From Octopus vulgaris (taxonomy: Eukaryota), in contig OX597822.1 in assembly GCA_951406725.2 (NCBI GenBank), positions 105,214,001 through 105,278,000 of the forward strand: a DNA stretch of 64,000 nt. The letters are read 5' to 3'. How positions within the stretch are numbered: position 1 is the stretch's first letter; each line of letters starts with the position of its first letter. Below the pieces are notes generated by a model. The model ran no database searches, was not told the origin of the DNA, and saw nothing but the letters and a program-made list of their open reading frames with translations. A program made the position numbers and the translations under genes. Positions 27,354 through 42,005 of this stretch are shown piece after piece.

Positions 27354-27849
27354 TCTTTATATATAAAAGAGAGGTTGTGTGTCTGTCTCCTACGATTTAG
27401 ATTCCTAACTACTCCCACATTTTGCGGTGCAGTTTAACCAAAACCGGGTATCTTATAGTCGTGATTCATATCGAGCTCTTCAGGGTATTAGCGCGCGTCT
27501 ACGATGAGTCTACGATTAAAAAATAAAAATCACCATCATTTTTTTCCATTTTAATGCATTTTTTCGCTATTATATAAGGGAAGTATCTCTCTAAAAATGT
27601 CTACGATGAGTCAACGATTTAAAAAAAAATTACCATCATTTTTTTCCATTTTAATGCATTTTTCGCTATTATATAAGGAAGTATCTCTCTAAAAATGTCT
27701 ACGATGAGTCAACGATTTAAAAAAAAATTTACCATCATTTTTTTCCCATCTTTAATGCATTTTTTGCTATTTTTTGGCTATAACGCTCTAAAAATGCTTA
27801 TATAGTTATTTCCCTTACAAACCCAAGCAACGCCGGGCGATACTGCTAG
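27354..27849 (+). mobile_element. Non-autonomous Helitron with internal ~80-90-bp tandem repeats
   Basis: A|TC start, 3' hairpin, CTAG|T end; 3 copies of the ACGATGAGTC...ACCATCATTTTTT unit. Confidence 0.88.
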
Positions 27850-28569
27850 TAACCCCTAAAAACATGTGTGTAAGTAAATAAAGATGACTGCAAGGAAGTT
27901 GCTGGATTACTTTGCAAGAATAATGTTTTTTAAACACTGATTTGGTTAAGTGCTTCATTTTACTAAGCCAAATAATTTATAGATTTATTCCGATATAGTT
28001 CAATATATTAAATGAATTACTTGCTCTACCGCCTTCCGTATCTTTACTCCTTTCAAATGAATTTCAAAGAAAACAGCTTAACTCTTTCATAGTTATGTTT
28101 TATAGAATTATTATTTGCATAAACAAGAATTTTTATATTAAAGTAGTTGATATGATGTTGTACCAGTAGCGATAAAGTCGTAAGTCAAACATTAGTATCG
28201 TTGTATAACATATTCATTATTTATTAATCTTTTTAAAATACTTTATACCAAAATATTGTATTTGCAGCCAAAAGCTGAACCACCATAAGGTCGCTCTGCA
28301 TGCTAGAAGTAGCTGCCAAATTTCGTCAGGGTAAGACACATCGTATATAATAATTTATATGATGAGATGGTGAGGAAGCCTTTTAAGGAGCCTCACGACC
28401 AGCTAGAAATAGCTGCCAAAGTCTATCAAATTTACATATTTCTGTTTCAAACACGAAGGACATGTTGCTTAAGGTCCCAGATATACGAAAGTTGGTATAA
28501 AAACGGAATATTCACGCCTGGAACGCCGCTGCTCCAAGGTCAACTGAATGAAAGCTAAATTGAGGTGGT

Positions 28570-29330
28570 CAACAACAACAAAAACAACAACAACAAAAAC
28601 AACAACAAAAAACAACAGTAACAAAATAAAATAAAAACAGTAGCAACAAAAAGAGCAGCAACACCAGCAACAACAATATCAATAACGACAACAGCAGCAG
28701 AGCATGAGGCGCAATGGCCCAGTGGTAAGGGCAGGGGACTCGTGGTCGGAGGATCGCGGTTTCGATTCCCAGACCGGGCGTTGTGTGTGTTTATTGAGCA
28801 AAAACACCTAAAGCTCTACAAGTCTCCGGCAGAAGGTGGTGGCGACCCCTGTTGTACTCTTTTGTTCCGATCTTCTCTCACTCTTTCTTCCTTTTTCTTG
28901 TCCCCGACTTTCTACACAACCGCTGAGCATGGATGCGCATTCATCCATCCGTCGATGCTCTCGGTGTCGTAGGGGTTGACCTGCTTTCTCTTCTGCGGGT
29001 CTTACGAATAGCAAAGGACCACGTTTCGGACTTCTCTTCCAGTACAGACATTCCTGTGGCGCGATCTTGCGAGCTCTGGGACGAAGACCGCTCCGCTTGG
29101 CTCAACAAACAAAGCAGCAACAACAACAATAATGCCTCACCGATAGCTGTAGTAACAACAACTACAACAACAACAACAACAACAACGGTAGCAAATAGAA
29201 TCGCAGCAATAACAATAACAACAAACATCAATAATAACAGAGTAACAACAACGCCGACATCGGCAAATACAACACCATAAACAGCGCTTGCAACACCAAC
29301 AACCATAACATCAACAACAACCACATCATC
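28570..29330. repeat. Degenerate (CAA)n tract interrupted by a SINE
   Basis: Seen directly. Confidence 0.85.
28706..29103 (+). mobile_element. SINE with family-B head and a different 3' half
   Basis: Matches B up to CTGTTGTACTCT, then unrelated sequence ending GCTTGGCTCAACAA. Confidence 0.7.
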
Positions 29331-29606
29331 TCCATCATATCAGATTTTCTTATTACCAATTATAGATAGAATGTCACAAAAAAAAATATCACATTTCGAT
29401 TGATCTGATTCGGTGATTTCATCCCCGCCTTCGCCATTTTCCCTGATTTATTTCTTTGTAAGAACTTTTAAATTAAATCGCTTCCTGTAATAAACCAGTT
29501 ACTTGCATCAGTCAGTGATTCTTTTCATCTTAGGTTAAACGCTATACAAAATTTCTAGTTAGAAAAGAGGTACTATATATTACTGGTATTTAATTTATAA
29601 ACACCA

Positions 29607-30311
29607 GCCGCAGGTGTGTGGTAAGGAGCTTGCTTCTCAACCACATGGTTCCAGGTTCAGTCCCACTGTGTGGCGCCTTGAATAGGTGTCTACTTCTATA
29701 GTATCAGACCGACCAAAGCCCTGTGGATGGATTTAGTTGATGGAAACTAAAAGTGTATATGTGTGTGTGTCTTCATGCCTGTGTTTCTACCCCACTCCAC
29801 CTATTTCTTTACTACCCACAAGGGGCTAAACACAGAAAGGACAAACAAGGACGGACAACCGGATTAAGTCGATTATCTCGACCCCAGTGCGTAACTGGTA
29901 TTTATTTAATCGACCCCGAATGAATGAAAGGCAAAGTCGTCCTCGGTGGAATTTGAACTCAGAACATAGCGGCAGACGAAATACCGCAAAGCATTTTTCG
30001 CCCGGTGTGCTAACGTTTCTGCCAGCTCGCCGCCACTACTGCTTGAAAACCGGCGTTGGTGTGTTTACGTCCCCGTAACATAGTTCGGCAAAAGAGACCA
30101 ATAGAATAAATACCAAGTTTAACAAAAATAAATACTGGAATCATTCATTCGACATTCGACTAAAATTTCTTGAGGGCGATTTCTCAGCATGGCCGCTGTT
30201 TAATGAGTGGAACAAATAAAAGATAAAAGACTAAATGACCAGAACGTCAGACATCATAAGGAGAGATGAAAGTAAATACCTCAGGGTATTCAACCGTGCG
30301 TTCTATTGTTT
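29607..30311 (+). mobile_element. Complete SINE-A with nested reverse SINE-C (right copy of the inverted duplication)
   Basis: Head retained at 29607-29720; SINE-C at about 29800-30035. Confidence 0.85.
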
Positions 30312-30415
30312 TGTCCTTTTCGCAGCTTGACTTCAATTAGAAATGATTCATAATACTGACAAGAATTGCACATTTGTCGGGAGAGTATTTAGTCAGTCAC
30401 ATTGGCTCTAGTATA

Positions 30416-30664
30416 TGCGCCCTTTTAAAGCCTAGCCAGGCTCATGGGCCCGGTTTCCCGGTTTCTATGGCGTATGTGTTCCCCAGCTGGACGGAAGGCC
30501 AGTCCATCGCAGCGTTACTTATTTTTGCCAGCTGAGTGGACTGGAGCAACGTGAAATGAAGTGTTTTGCTCAAGAACACAACGCGTCGCCCGGTCCAGGA
30601 AGCGAAACATCAATCTTACGATCATGGTGATGACACCCTAACCACTAAGCCACGCGCCTCCACT
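30416..30664 (-). mobile_element. SINE family D copy
   Basis: TSD GCTCTAGTATA at 30405-30415 and 30665-30675. Confidence 0.85.
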
Positions 30665-31524
30665 GCTCTAGTATACGACTGGTATTCTATTTCTACCGAT
30701 TTAGGGAGCATGAAAGGCAATGCATTCTTCATCGCTGAACAAATACCACAAAGCATTTTGAAAGACACGCTACTGTTTCTCTGAATTCACGTCCCTTCTT
30801 TCAGTTAATATTGGTTTCAAATTTTGGCACAAAGCAGGTTCGAAGGAGGAGATAAATCAGTTACATTGACTCCAGTGCTCAACTTGTACTTATTTTATCG
30901 ACCCCAAAAGGATGATCTCGGTGGAATTTGAAGTCATAACATGAAAACGGATGAAATATTGTTGAGCATTTTGGCTGGCGGGGCTTACGATTTTGCTAAG
31001 CTCGCAGCCTTGCTGCTTTCAATTAATATTAGTTGTAGAAATAAAAATGAAAGAAAAAGAAACAATAATAGTAGTTACTATAATCGTGTCCAACCTAGTT
31101 CTTCATCTATGCTCTACTTTATCGATTCTGGAAGGATAAACGATAGAGTTGTCCTCGACAATATTCGAACTCAAAACGTAAAAAAGTTGAAACAAATACC
31201 TTAAGTTACTTTAAACAAAGGTTGAACACATTTTCTAATTTACTTCCCTAAATAGTTTCTAACATAGGCACAACGCTAAAAAATTTTTGGTGGAACGGCT
31301 TAGCTGATTGCATCAACAGTAGCTGTTGACCAAAACTTTATTTTATCGACCCCGTGAGAATTAACGGCAAAGTTGATCTTGAAGATATTTAAACTCAGAA
31401 AACGCCAATTTGCCGCGTTAAAGTTGGAGGTATTTAATAATCTTTTCTATTATAGGCACAAGGCCTGAAAATTTTGAGTGAAGGGGTTAGTCGATTACAT
31501 CGAATCCAGTGCGTAAGCGGTACT

Positions 31525-31757
31525 AAGGCGGCGAGCTGGTAGAAACGTTAGCACGCCGGGCGAAATGCATAGCCGTATTTCGTCTGCGTTACGTTGTGAG
31601 TTCAAATTCCGCCGAGGTCGACTTTGCCTTTCATCCTTTCGGGGTCGATAAATTAAGCACCAGTTACGCACTGGGGTCGGTACAAACGACTTAATACCTA
31701 TGTCTGTCCTTGTTTGTCCCCTCTGTGTTTAGCCCCTTGTGGGTAATAAAAAAATAG
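31525..31757 (+). mobile_element. Young SINE-C nested in an older opposite-strand SINE-C
   Basis: GGTACT on both sides; the host element continues across the insertion. Confidence 0.75.
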
Positions 31758-32085
31758 GTACTTATTTCATCAATTCCGACGGGTGAACGGCAAATTTCGG
31801 CGGATTCAGAACTTAAAGAGGGACAAAATGCCGCAAAGCATTTTGCCCGTGATGGTAACGGTCCTGCCCGTTCGTCGCCTTCTTTGTTATTTACATATTT
31901 TTTGTCATTAGACAACAGCTATGCTGGGGCACGACCTTGAGTAATATTTGGGGGAGGGCATTAATCGATAGCAAGACTGATACTTCATTCCATTGAACTC
32001 ACAAGCGTAAAAGGCAAATATGATCCAGATGGAATTTGAACTCAGAACACGATGAATCAGAACAAACATTGCCAACCCGTTTTAT

Positions 32086-32491
32086 TACTCCTTTTACTCT
32101 TTTACTCTTTTACTTGTTTCAGTCGTTTGACTGCGGCCATGCTGGAGCACCGCCTTTAATCGAGCAACTCGACACCGGGACTTATTCTTTTTGTAAGCCC
32201 AGTACTTATTCTATCGGTCTCTTTTTTGCCGAACCGCTAAGTGACGGGGACGTAAACACACCAGCATCGGTTGTCAAGCAATGCTAGGGGGACAAACACA
32301 GACACACATACATATATATATATATACATATATACGACAGGCTTCTTTCAGTTTCCGTCTACCAAATCCACTCACAAAGCATTGGTCGGCCCGGGGCTAT
32401 AGCAGAAGACACTTGCACAAGATGCCACGCAGTGGGACTGAACCCGGAACCATGTGGTTGGTTAGCAAGCTACTTACCACACAGCCACTCC
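32086..32491 (-). mobile_element. SINE family A copy
   Basis: High similarity to 1793-2196. Confidence 0.85.
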
Positions 32492-33334
32492 GTTTCTGCC
32501 AACCCACCACACTCTTATAATGGGTTAAACCTTTCATCATTTCGGGGTCCATAAAATAAGTAGCAGTTTAGCACTGGAATAGAATGTACCCGACTTTCCA
32601 CGTCCCTGAAATTGCTGGCCTTGTGCCAAAACCTGAAACCAATATAAATGAACAGCTCCTGCCAAGTTGATGAAGACTTGTTTGTGGGGCCACATTTGTA
32701 GCAACGTTGCTAATTACATCCACTCTTTCTTACTCAGCTTTCATTAAAATTAATTTTGGTTGCGTTCGACACCCATCACCGCCCATAAATAGCAAAGTCA
32801 CATTGCGAAAGAGAAGTGCGGAATATTTCAGCAAACATCTATTCTGACTACTCCTGCATTATACAAATTAATTCTTAATCTATCAGTAATTAAATTATCT
32901 TCAAAATTAGAACCCTATTTAAATTGATAATCGATTTTTACGTTACGTTCAAATCAATTGATATATTCCCAGTATATGATTTGTTAACACTTGCTAAATT
33001 GAAACATACATAACTGTCGGTTACTCGACATGATTTCCTCATAAACTCGTTCAAGTGTGTTGAAGTTAGTAATACGGCCATTACCAGTGCTCTGATACAC
33101 ATATACAGACATATAAAAATGCACAGACACACACACACACAAATATGTAGATGTTAATATATACATACAAATGTGTGTATGTGTGTATTTTTCTTTATAT
33201 AAATGTGTTTACATGCACATATATATATGCATATATATGTGTGTGTGTGTGTGTGTGCGTGTATATATATGCGTGTATATATATATATGTATATATATAT
33301 GTGTGTGTATATATATAAATACATATATATATAT

Positions 33335-33499
33335 ATATATACAAAGAGAAGCCTAGTTTTATGGTTTTTTACATATATACATGTACATGCGTATATGTAT
33401 GTGTTTATGTATATATACATACACACACTCATACATACATATATGTTTGTACATTTATATATGTAAAAACTATAAAACTATGTTTCTCTTTGTATATAT
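33335..33499. repeat. Imperfect fold-back within a TA/CA microsatellite field
   Basis: ACAAAGAGAAGCCTAGTTTTATGGTTTTT versus AAAAACTATAAAACTATGTTTCTCTTTGT. Confidence 0.8.
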
Positions 33500-33517
33500 A
33501 TATATATATACACACAC

Positions 33518-33614
<97 letters not shown>

Positions 33615-34379
33615 CACACATATATATTTTTATATACATGCCGTCCCTATAAATACTTTATTAGGTGTGACCGAAGCTACATACAATTTGTATTTCGCAT
33701 CATTTCTTAAAATATAGCAACAGGAAAGACAGATATATAGAAAGTGGGAAAGAGAGAGAAAGAAAGAAAAAAAGAAAGAACGAAAGAAAGAACGAATGAA
33801 ACGTCTTTCAATGATGACGAACAAAATTAATGGTTTGTTAAGGTCGGTGTGGGCAGCAAGAATTAACTCAATATGAGGCGATAAAAAGAGAAAGATCTTT
33901 TCCTCCTTCTTTACGTAATACCTAACTCCATGAGTAGTAGGAGTGAAGGGAAATAACTCACCGCATTCGATGAAGTGTAAGCAAGGTATTGTATCGACTA
34001 ATATCGATAAATTTTTGAAGTTGAATGTCTTCGCTGATTTTGTTACGTGTTCATCTCGGTGTCATAGTAACATGCACACACACGCACACACACACGCGCG
34101 TGAGCACATATGTTTGTCCATGCCTCGCGAGGTGAAGTAATTCATCGCGAATATTTGGCGCAGCGCCCTCGGAAGGGATTAATCATTTAATCTTTGTACA
34201 CGTGATATTTTGCTGTTTTCCCTCCATATCTACGTGAATTATTTTTGAGTAAACACTATCTAGGAGACTTTTCTTCAAAGTTGTGGAAATGGCTAAAAAA
34301 AACTTTTTGGCTGCTATTTCTAAAACTTTCAGTATGTGGCAAAGTAAATTATTTTACCGAGCCCTAATTGTATAACGTA

Positions 34380-34423
<44 letters not shown>

Positions 34424-34441
34424 ATATGTATGTGTACGTGT

Positions 34442-34474
<33 letters not shown>

Positions 34475-35492
34475 CATATGTGTATGTATATATATGTATA
34501 TATATAAAAATACATATATATATATATATACTTATATACGTAAATTGCTATATATATATCAACACACGGGCACATGCGCGCGCACAGACCCACTCACGCA
34601 CGCACACGCAAATACATACACACACACGCACATACACACACACACACACACACGCACATACACACACACACACACAGACACACACACAGGCACATAATCC
34701 GTACATAAATGATGGCAATTTAGCTATTTCTTTAGAATTTCCGATAAATGTCCTCAGAGTGTTCGTTCTGGCTATCTACAGATTAAGTTCTAATACCTCG
34801 GTGGTCTAATCGAACTTATAATCCTATGAACCAGGAAAAATTTAAGACAGAGGGTTACCTAATAGCAAGCAAATGTGGTAACATGTAACATTATTGACCG
34901 AGGTTACCGTGATCTTTTCCGTAGGCTTTTCTTTCCACGGATAAACCTTATCTGCTTCCGTCTTAACACTTTACATCATGACATTTCTGTGATTCACGAT
35001 CCCTATTGATCGTTTCTTTTTTCCCTTTCCTTTTTTCTTTTTTTTCTTTTTTCTCTTTCCATTTTTTTTTTCTTTCCCCTGTTACGATCCCTTTTGATCG
35101 AAAACCTACCCCACTTTTTTTTTCTCCCCAAAAAGAAATGCTCTACTTTGTAATCTGTCCCGTCTGTGTGCAGCCCTGTGTGGCTAATAACGAAACGTAT
35201 CCTCTCAGATATTAGGTTTCCCTACCAACTCAGTACCGGTGTATATTCTTCATCGATCCCTTCTCTCTAGCCGTTCCGCTTCTCCGCTCGCTCTTCTTTT
35301 GCAGTATTCGTCTACGGCTGGACCTCAGAGCTAAAATTGAATTTGAAGAATGAAAGAGGATGTAAACCAATGCTGTACCGATAATAGGTTTACTTTTTTT
35401 CATTAACTCACTTGGACCCATAATGAAGCTTTTTAATATTTAATGAGGTTTCAGTTCTACTCATTTAGAATATAATGTGCTTAACACATTAA

Positions 35493-35561
35493 CCTACCTA
35501 CCTACCTACCTACCTACCTACCTACCTACCTACCTACCTACCTACCTACATATCTGCCTAC

Positions 35562-35653
<92 letters not shown>

Positions 35654-35670
35654 ATATATATATATATACA
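35493..35670. repeat. (CCTA)n-(TCTA)n-(TA)n compound microsatellite
   Basis: Seen directly. Confidence 0.95.
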
Positions 35671-36713
35671 TAGACTTAGTTTGATTTGAAAACACCACTA
35701 GAATGGGAGAAAGCGCTAATGATCTAAGTGATATGATATATATATATAAAAATGTATATACAAATAAATATCTGTAAATATAAACCATCCGATCTTCTGA
35801 GCACCTCATTTCTTCTCACAATATATATATATATATGTATATATATGATCAATTGTTTTGTCTCAAAGTCGTAAGACACCCCCGTATCATTCCTGTTTTT
35901 ATTCGTTACTGTTTCCAATTTTATCTTCGTCTCTTGTTTTCCTATTCGTCTCGGTTGTCACATTCTTTCCTTCTACCAAGCAAATCTAATGCCCATAGCT
36001 TAGCTTTCCTTGGGGCTGGCCTTTCGGAGCAAATCTCAGAATTAAACAGCCGAAATTTGCCATGATGAATTGGTTTCTGACTGAAGAATATCTGAATTAC
36101 TGTCCGTTTTTCCGTGTTTGTCAATTCGTGAATTTCGCGTTCTTTATATATATATTCTATATATATATATATATATATATATTGTTATATGTAGTGATCA
36201 ATGATCAGCCTGGTGTCGTCCATCTTCCGTCTCTTTCATTAATCAAATACCCAACAAACACTGTGAAAGTGCACGTGCTTGACTGGTAAGCTACCAGGTG
36301 TATACCATTCGATTTATTATTTAATACATATATATATATTCTCTCACACACATATCTATTTCTATGCATGTAATATGTTTTTAACCGTTCTTTGTGTTAT
36401 ATATATATATATATATATGCGTGCATATTTTAATGATAACTTTAATATATGCTTTTATGTTCCGGCTCTCCGAGCAATAAATTATTTCCTATTCAGGAAA
36501 TAGCATCAATTTAGGATGTTTGGCTATTCAACCGACTTCAGTGCTTGAAAGTTACTTTATTTCACCGATGTAAAGGTATGAAAGCAAAGTTTGCCTCGGC
36601 GGGATTTGAACTTAAAACGTAAATACATTTTCCATGTCATCTCATCTCTGTTACAGCCATTTGTAAATTACGCCTTGACTATTGAGGACCGTCGTGAAGG
36701 TACACAACTGTGG

Positions 36714-36754
<41 letters not shown>

Positions 36755-37553
36755 CATACAGACAGACAGACATGTGTGTATATAAACAAAGATAATAATT
36801 TCATACAAAAGTACAAAAGTATATACACAAATAACTATTCACACACAGAACTCATTCTGCTTCTTAACATAAGCAATCGACAGAGCTAACAACCTAACAA
36901 CCTAAACTTTAGCCACTGAACCATATACAAACGACTCCTGTCTACCCTCCCACCAGGCAGATTAAATTTGAAGTGCCTTGGTTGTAACTAAACATGTTTT
37001 CTCAACCGTGTCGGCCTTCGTTTTAGGTACAAAATATACTGCCACGTGACACTAACGCACAGACGTAGCCGGGAATGTACAGAAGGTTGTAAACTTAATC
37101 ACGTGTTCACTCTCTACAAAAACTTGAGAGAAAACATTCAAAGCATTGATTGCTTAATCCTACCACTTGACTTGTTCAGTCAACCGTGCTAACCTTAACT
37201 TACCTCGCTAAACATTGCCACTTGATAATAACACAGAGACGTAGTAGGGAACCAATAAACATTTCTAAAACCAGTCATGTGACTTTCCTCTACTAATCCA
37301 ACCCTATTCAAAACGTATTAATTTAAGCCACGAATTCCATATAAGAATAGGGCAAGCTTCAAACACTAATCAGAAGCAAACCATTTACAACATAAGCTAC
37401 GTCTTTCTATTTCAAACTTTTGAAAATCAGTGTAAACTGTGAAACCGGTTAAATCCATAAATATAATAATTTTTAAAAAAATACTTTAAGTATTCTAAGT
37501 GCATTTTCAACTTCTATTTTCCCTATATTTCTACCCGGAATAAAATAACTTTG

Positions 37554-37615
<62 letters not shown>

Positions 37616-38074
37616 CGTGTGTGTATCGCACGGAGATTGCTTAATGGAAACAGCCACCCTTCCTTTTTGAATGGAAAAAAAAATGATTTGGATTAAAATT
37701 CAAATTTAAATATTCTACTATTCGGCAGAGCATATCTGCAAATAATTAACTCTTCGTCGGTTTCCTGCCTGTTTGTTATCAATTAGCTAATGAGTTAATT
37801 AATATTTTAATGATTTGGTTTGCCAAAGACTTCTCGTCACAGCTTAGAAACTTAACGATAAAATGTCCCTCATGCATTCACACTCTAGTAGAACGCAATA
37901 ACACGTTGATCCGTCGGAACTGTTTACTTGGCGGTGTTTGTTGAAGATGCATTCCATTATAAAATGAAGTTATCGTTCTCGCGATCATATTCTCGGCGCA
38001 ACAGAACAAAATGCTTTATTATTTTTTTTTTCGTTTTAGCTGCATGCTTTGCCGCATTAACATTTACCAGTTTT

Positions 38075-38279
38075 TTATTTCTTTCAGTCATTAGACTTTG
38101 GCCATTCTGAGGCACCGCCTGCAATAATTATTAGTTGAATGAATCGATACCAGTATTATTTTCTTATGCGCCTGGAAATTTATTCAATCATCCCCTTTTG
38201 CCGAACCGCTGGGTTACGGAGATGTAAATACACCAATACCGATTGCCAAACGATGGTGGGCAACAAACACAGACACAAA

Positions 38280-38326
<47 letters not shown>

Positions 38327-38535
38327 ACACACACTCACACCTACACGCACATACACGCACATACACACACAGACAGCTATCGACAGGCTTCTTTCAATAG
38401 CCGTCCGTTAAATCGACTCACAATGTTTTGATCGGCCCAAGGCTATAGGAGAAGACACTTGCCCAAGGTATCAGGCAGTGAGACTGAACTTGGAACCTTA
38501 TGGTTGGGAGCCAAGATTCTTCCCATACAGCCAGG
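38075..38535 (-). mobile_element. Diverged SINE family A copy
   Basis: Same architecture, with an internal (CA)n. Confidence 0.7.
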
Positions 38536-39520
38536 TCGGTACATTTTTTATTTATTCATTTTTTCAAGTTTGGTGCATTGGTAGAATAATAAGACCATGA
38601 GTAGAACTATATAAGGTTCGGGATTGTTACTTTCTGATATATATTACAGCTCTTTGCGTTTTGATAATAATACGTGCAAAGACACTAGCGCCAAGTTGTA
38701 TTAGATTAATTTCACGGCCTTCATTTTGATAAGCATTAGTAGCATAGAGAGGGAAAACTTGCATGTATGGGCAACTACCTGACGTCCCAAAAAACAAACA
38801 TCTTGCCTAGGTTGCACGTACATGAAGCTGCATGCACAATTGTAGAGTCGACATTGACCGACGGAGATCCCTGTCTAAACAAGCTTCTTAATGTAAAATT
38901 ATATACTGAAACCAATATAGCTTTGGGAATGTTATTTTAATTATGAAACACGGGCAAATGAGGCAGTTTCCTTACTGTTTTATTACCACTTATATGATCT
39001 ATTTATTTATCAAAAATCCAGTTTGTTATTTATGAGTTTTCACTTTGCAATATCTTTGAAATATATATTTTTTATTGGAATTGTTTCTGGTTTTACGATG
39101 CTAACGAAATAACGTTAAAAAAATTAGACTTTTCAGCAATTAATGATCGAAATCTGTAATAATGGCATTTTATGGCATTTAATGGCATTTAACACATATA
39201 CGTACTCGCTTTACTCAACCGGAGCTCCCAAGCTTATTTTAAAAAATGTTCCCGGATTATTTTGGTTTCGTTAGCCATCCTGAAGTTCCATGTACCTAAA
39301 AAGCAAATATCGACCAATTTATTTATAAATAAATGAGTTCGACCGTCAAAGTGATTTCGTGACACCGTCTGACCTTATGCGGCACTTGTGTCACATTAAC
39401 ACACTGTGTTAAATCATGCATTCGTTGCTCTTTTCCTACGGAAAAGTTAACAGTTTGTATGGAGTTTACGGATTTATTCTTTTATGAAGTGAGGTGTGTT
39501 CATTAAGACAACACAAAATA

Positions 39521-40086
39521 TTGGGTTATCCGGAAAGTTCATGCCGATTTATAGTAGCTAAACTTTCGACTTATTTTAGAACATGGTTGAGTTCACAAAA
39601 TAGGATTTGACTACACCTCCATTTAGAGTACAGTTTAAGCTATCTATTCGTGGGAGAAGGTTTATGTTCCTATAACCTGTGTTAATTCTGTAACCCTTTA
39701 AAATGGAAGATAAGAGAGTTCATTTTCGGCAATTGATGCTTTGGGAACCAGACAAAAATTGCTGCAGCTCGGCTGGGATGAGTTACCCCACCCTCCATAT
39801 TCACCAGATATTGCTCCTTCGGATTTCCACTTATTCAGGTCTCTGCAGAATAGTCTTAATGGTAAAAATTTCAATTCCTTTGATGACATTAAAAGATACC
39901 TTGATGAATTCTTCGCCATGAAATCACCTCAATTCCGGGAAGAGGGTATTTTCAAGGTAAAGGAAAGATGGAGACGCATTGTGCAATAAAATGGTTCATA
40001 TTTGGTTGATTAAAAATGTAATGACAAGTATTTATTGGCCATTTTCTTTCCTTTAAAAATAGGCTCGAACTTCCCGGACAACCCAA
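39521..40086 (+). mobile_element. Internally deleted mariner (DD34D-type) element
   Basis: TA-flanked TIRs TTGGGTTATCCGGAAAGTTC / GAACTTCCCGGACAACCCAA; start MEDKRVHFR fused to HPPYSPDIAPSDFHLFRSLQ. Confidence 0.9.
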
Positions 40087-40588
40087 TATTTATCAGCTTC
40101 CTGATACTCCGAATAAAACTTACTTTATTAAGTGTTTTGTATCTTTCGCAAGATTTCACATACAAAATCTAATATATCATGGTATCCTGGGTGGTTTATT
40201 CTCCCAAAATATATACGAACTGATTATAGTTTACTATCTGTTATAATGGCCATTTTATTTTCAATTTAGACTCCATCTTCTGCATTTTCTTTAAAATGAT
40301 TTATTTCAGACTCCATCGGATTTTGACTATTCATACGCTTTTTCTATGCATCGCATTTTCATCATACCTATCTTCAACACTCGTACATATTCCACACAGT
40401 CATCCATCTAACCATTCATCCATTCATCCCTCCATCCACTCATCCCTGCGCACGTGTATATGTGTGTATGCGTGTGTGCGCGCGCGCGTAATTAATATGT
40501 CCACCTTGATTGTAGCTCCGATGCAGTTCAGTAGAATGATGAATCCTTCACTCTTAACCATATATATATGTGTGCGTGTGTGTGTATT

Positions 40589-40650
<62 letters not shown>

Positions 40651-40717
40651 CATCTATATATAAATAATTTACAAACATATATATACACCATGTATATACA
40701 TATATATATATATATAT

Positions 40718-40945
40718 ATTTCTAAACTACCCACAAGGGGCTAAACACAGAGGGGACAAACAAGGACAGAAAAACGGATTAAGTCGATTATATCGACCCC
40801 AGTGCGTAACTGGTCCTTAATTTATCGACCCCGAAAGGATGAAAGGCAAAGTCGACCTCGGCGGAATTTGAACCCAGAACGTAGCAGCAGTCGAAATACG
40901 GCTACGCAATTCGCCCGGCGTGCTAACGATTCTGCCAGCTCACCG
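40718..40945 (-). mobile_element. SINE-C copy inserted in a TA-rich tract
   Basis: Full head to tail on the reverse strand. Confidence 0.8.
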
Positions 40946-41010
40946 TGTATATATACACCAAACACACACACATCAATATATACGTACATTACATATATAT
41001 ATACACCATG

Positions 41011-41063
<53 letters not shown>

Positions 41064-41744
41064 TCTCATGCAAGCGCGCGCACACACACACATGCGGTGA
41101 TTAGATACTTTGTAGTTAATATGGTATGGGGGGGGGGCGCTTCTGTTCTAATTGAAGCTGTATAATAACAAGATATGCAAAAGGCAAATTATATGTTGAT
41201 TTGAAACGCCTGTCTTTTTTCCCTGTGAACGCCATGATAACTCTTAACCTTGTTAAGCTAATACACACTCCACCAAAGACCAAACACTTGTATGGCAATT
41301 AATTGGCTGTCGTTTCTAGGACTTATGAATAATTTGAATAACCAATAAAATTAATCATTGACACAGACTCAAGAGAGCCTAGAGCTATATTATACTACTA
41401 ATACCAAGTTACATATTTTCGTTAGTAGTTTCTAACTTAGCACTAGTATTTGTTACTAGATAAATCTATAGATCCACGTCTGCTCTAAACGAGCCGGACT
41501 ATGATGAAATATTTTTTTTTCCAGACGTGACCATCCTTCCTTTTTATTCAGCTACTATTATATAGTTCGAGGTATCTCCACATCCTTTCATTATGTATGT
41601 TTTCTGTGTTACGGTGGATATTTACTTGTTACGCCTGGAAGTTATACACACCGCATAGACTCTACGTCGTCGGCAATACTTGATTAAAATAAATTTGCTG
41701 ACAGCAAAACACACATGCACATGCATATAAGAGTGCATATAAGA

Positions 41745-42005
<261 letters not shown>

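Noticed and set aside
28933-29324. T/N-rich and V/L-rich ORFs
   Set aside because: SINE tail plus (CAA)n repeat
36005-36065. GGCTG...CAGCC-GAAA resembling hammerhead helix II
   Set aside because: No CUGANGA core and no helix I
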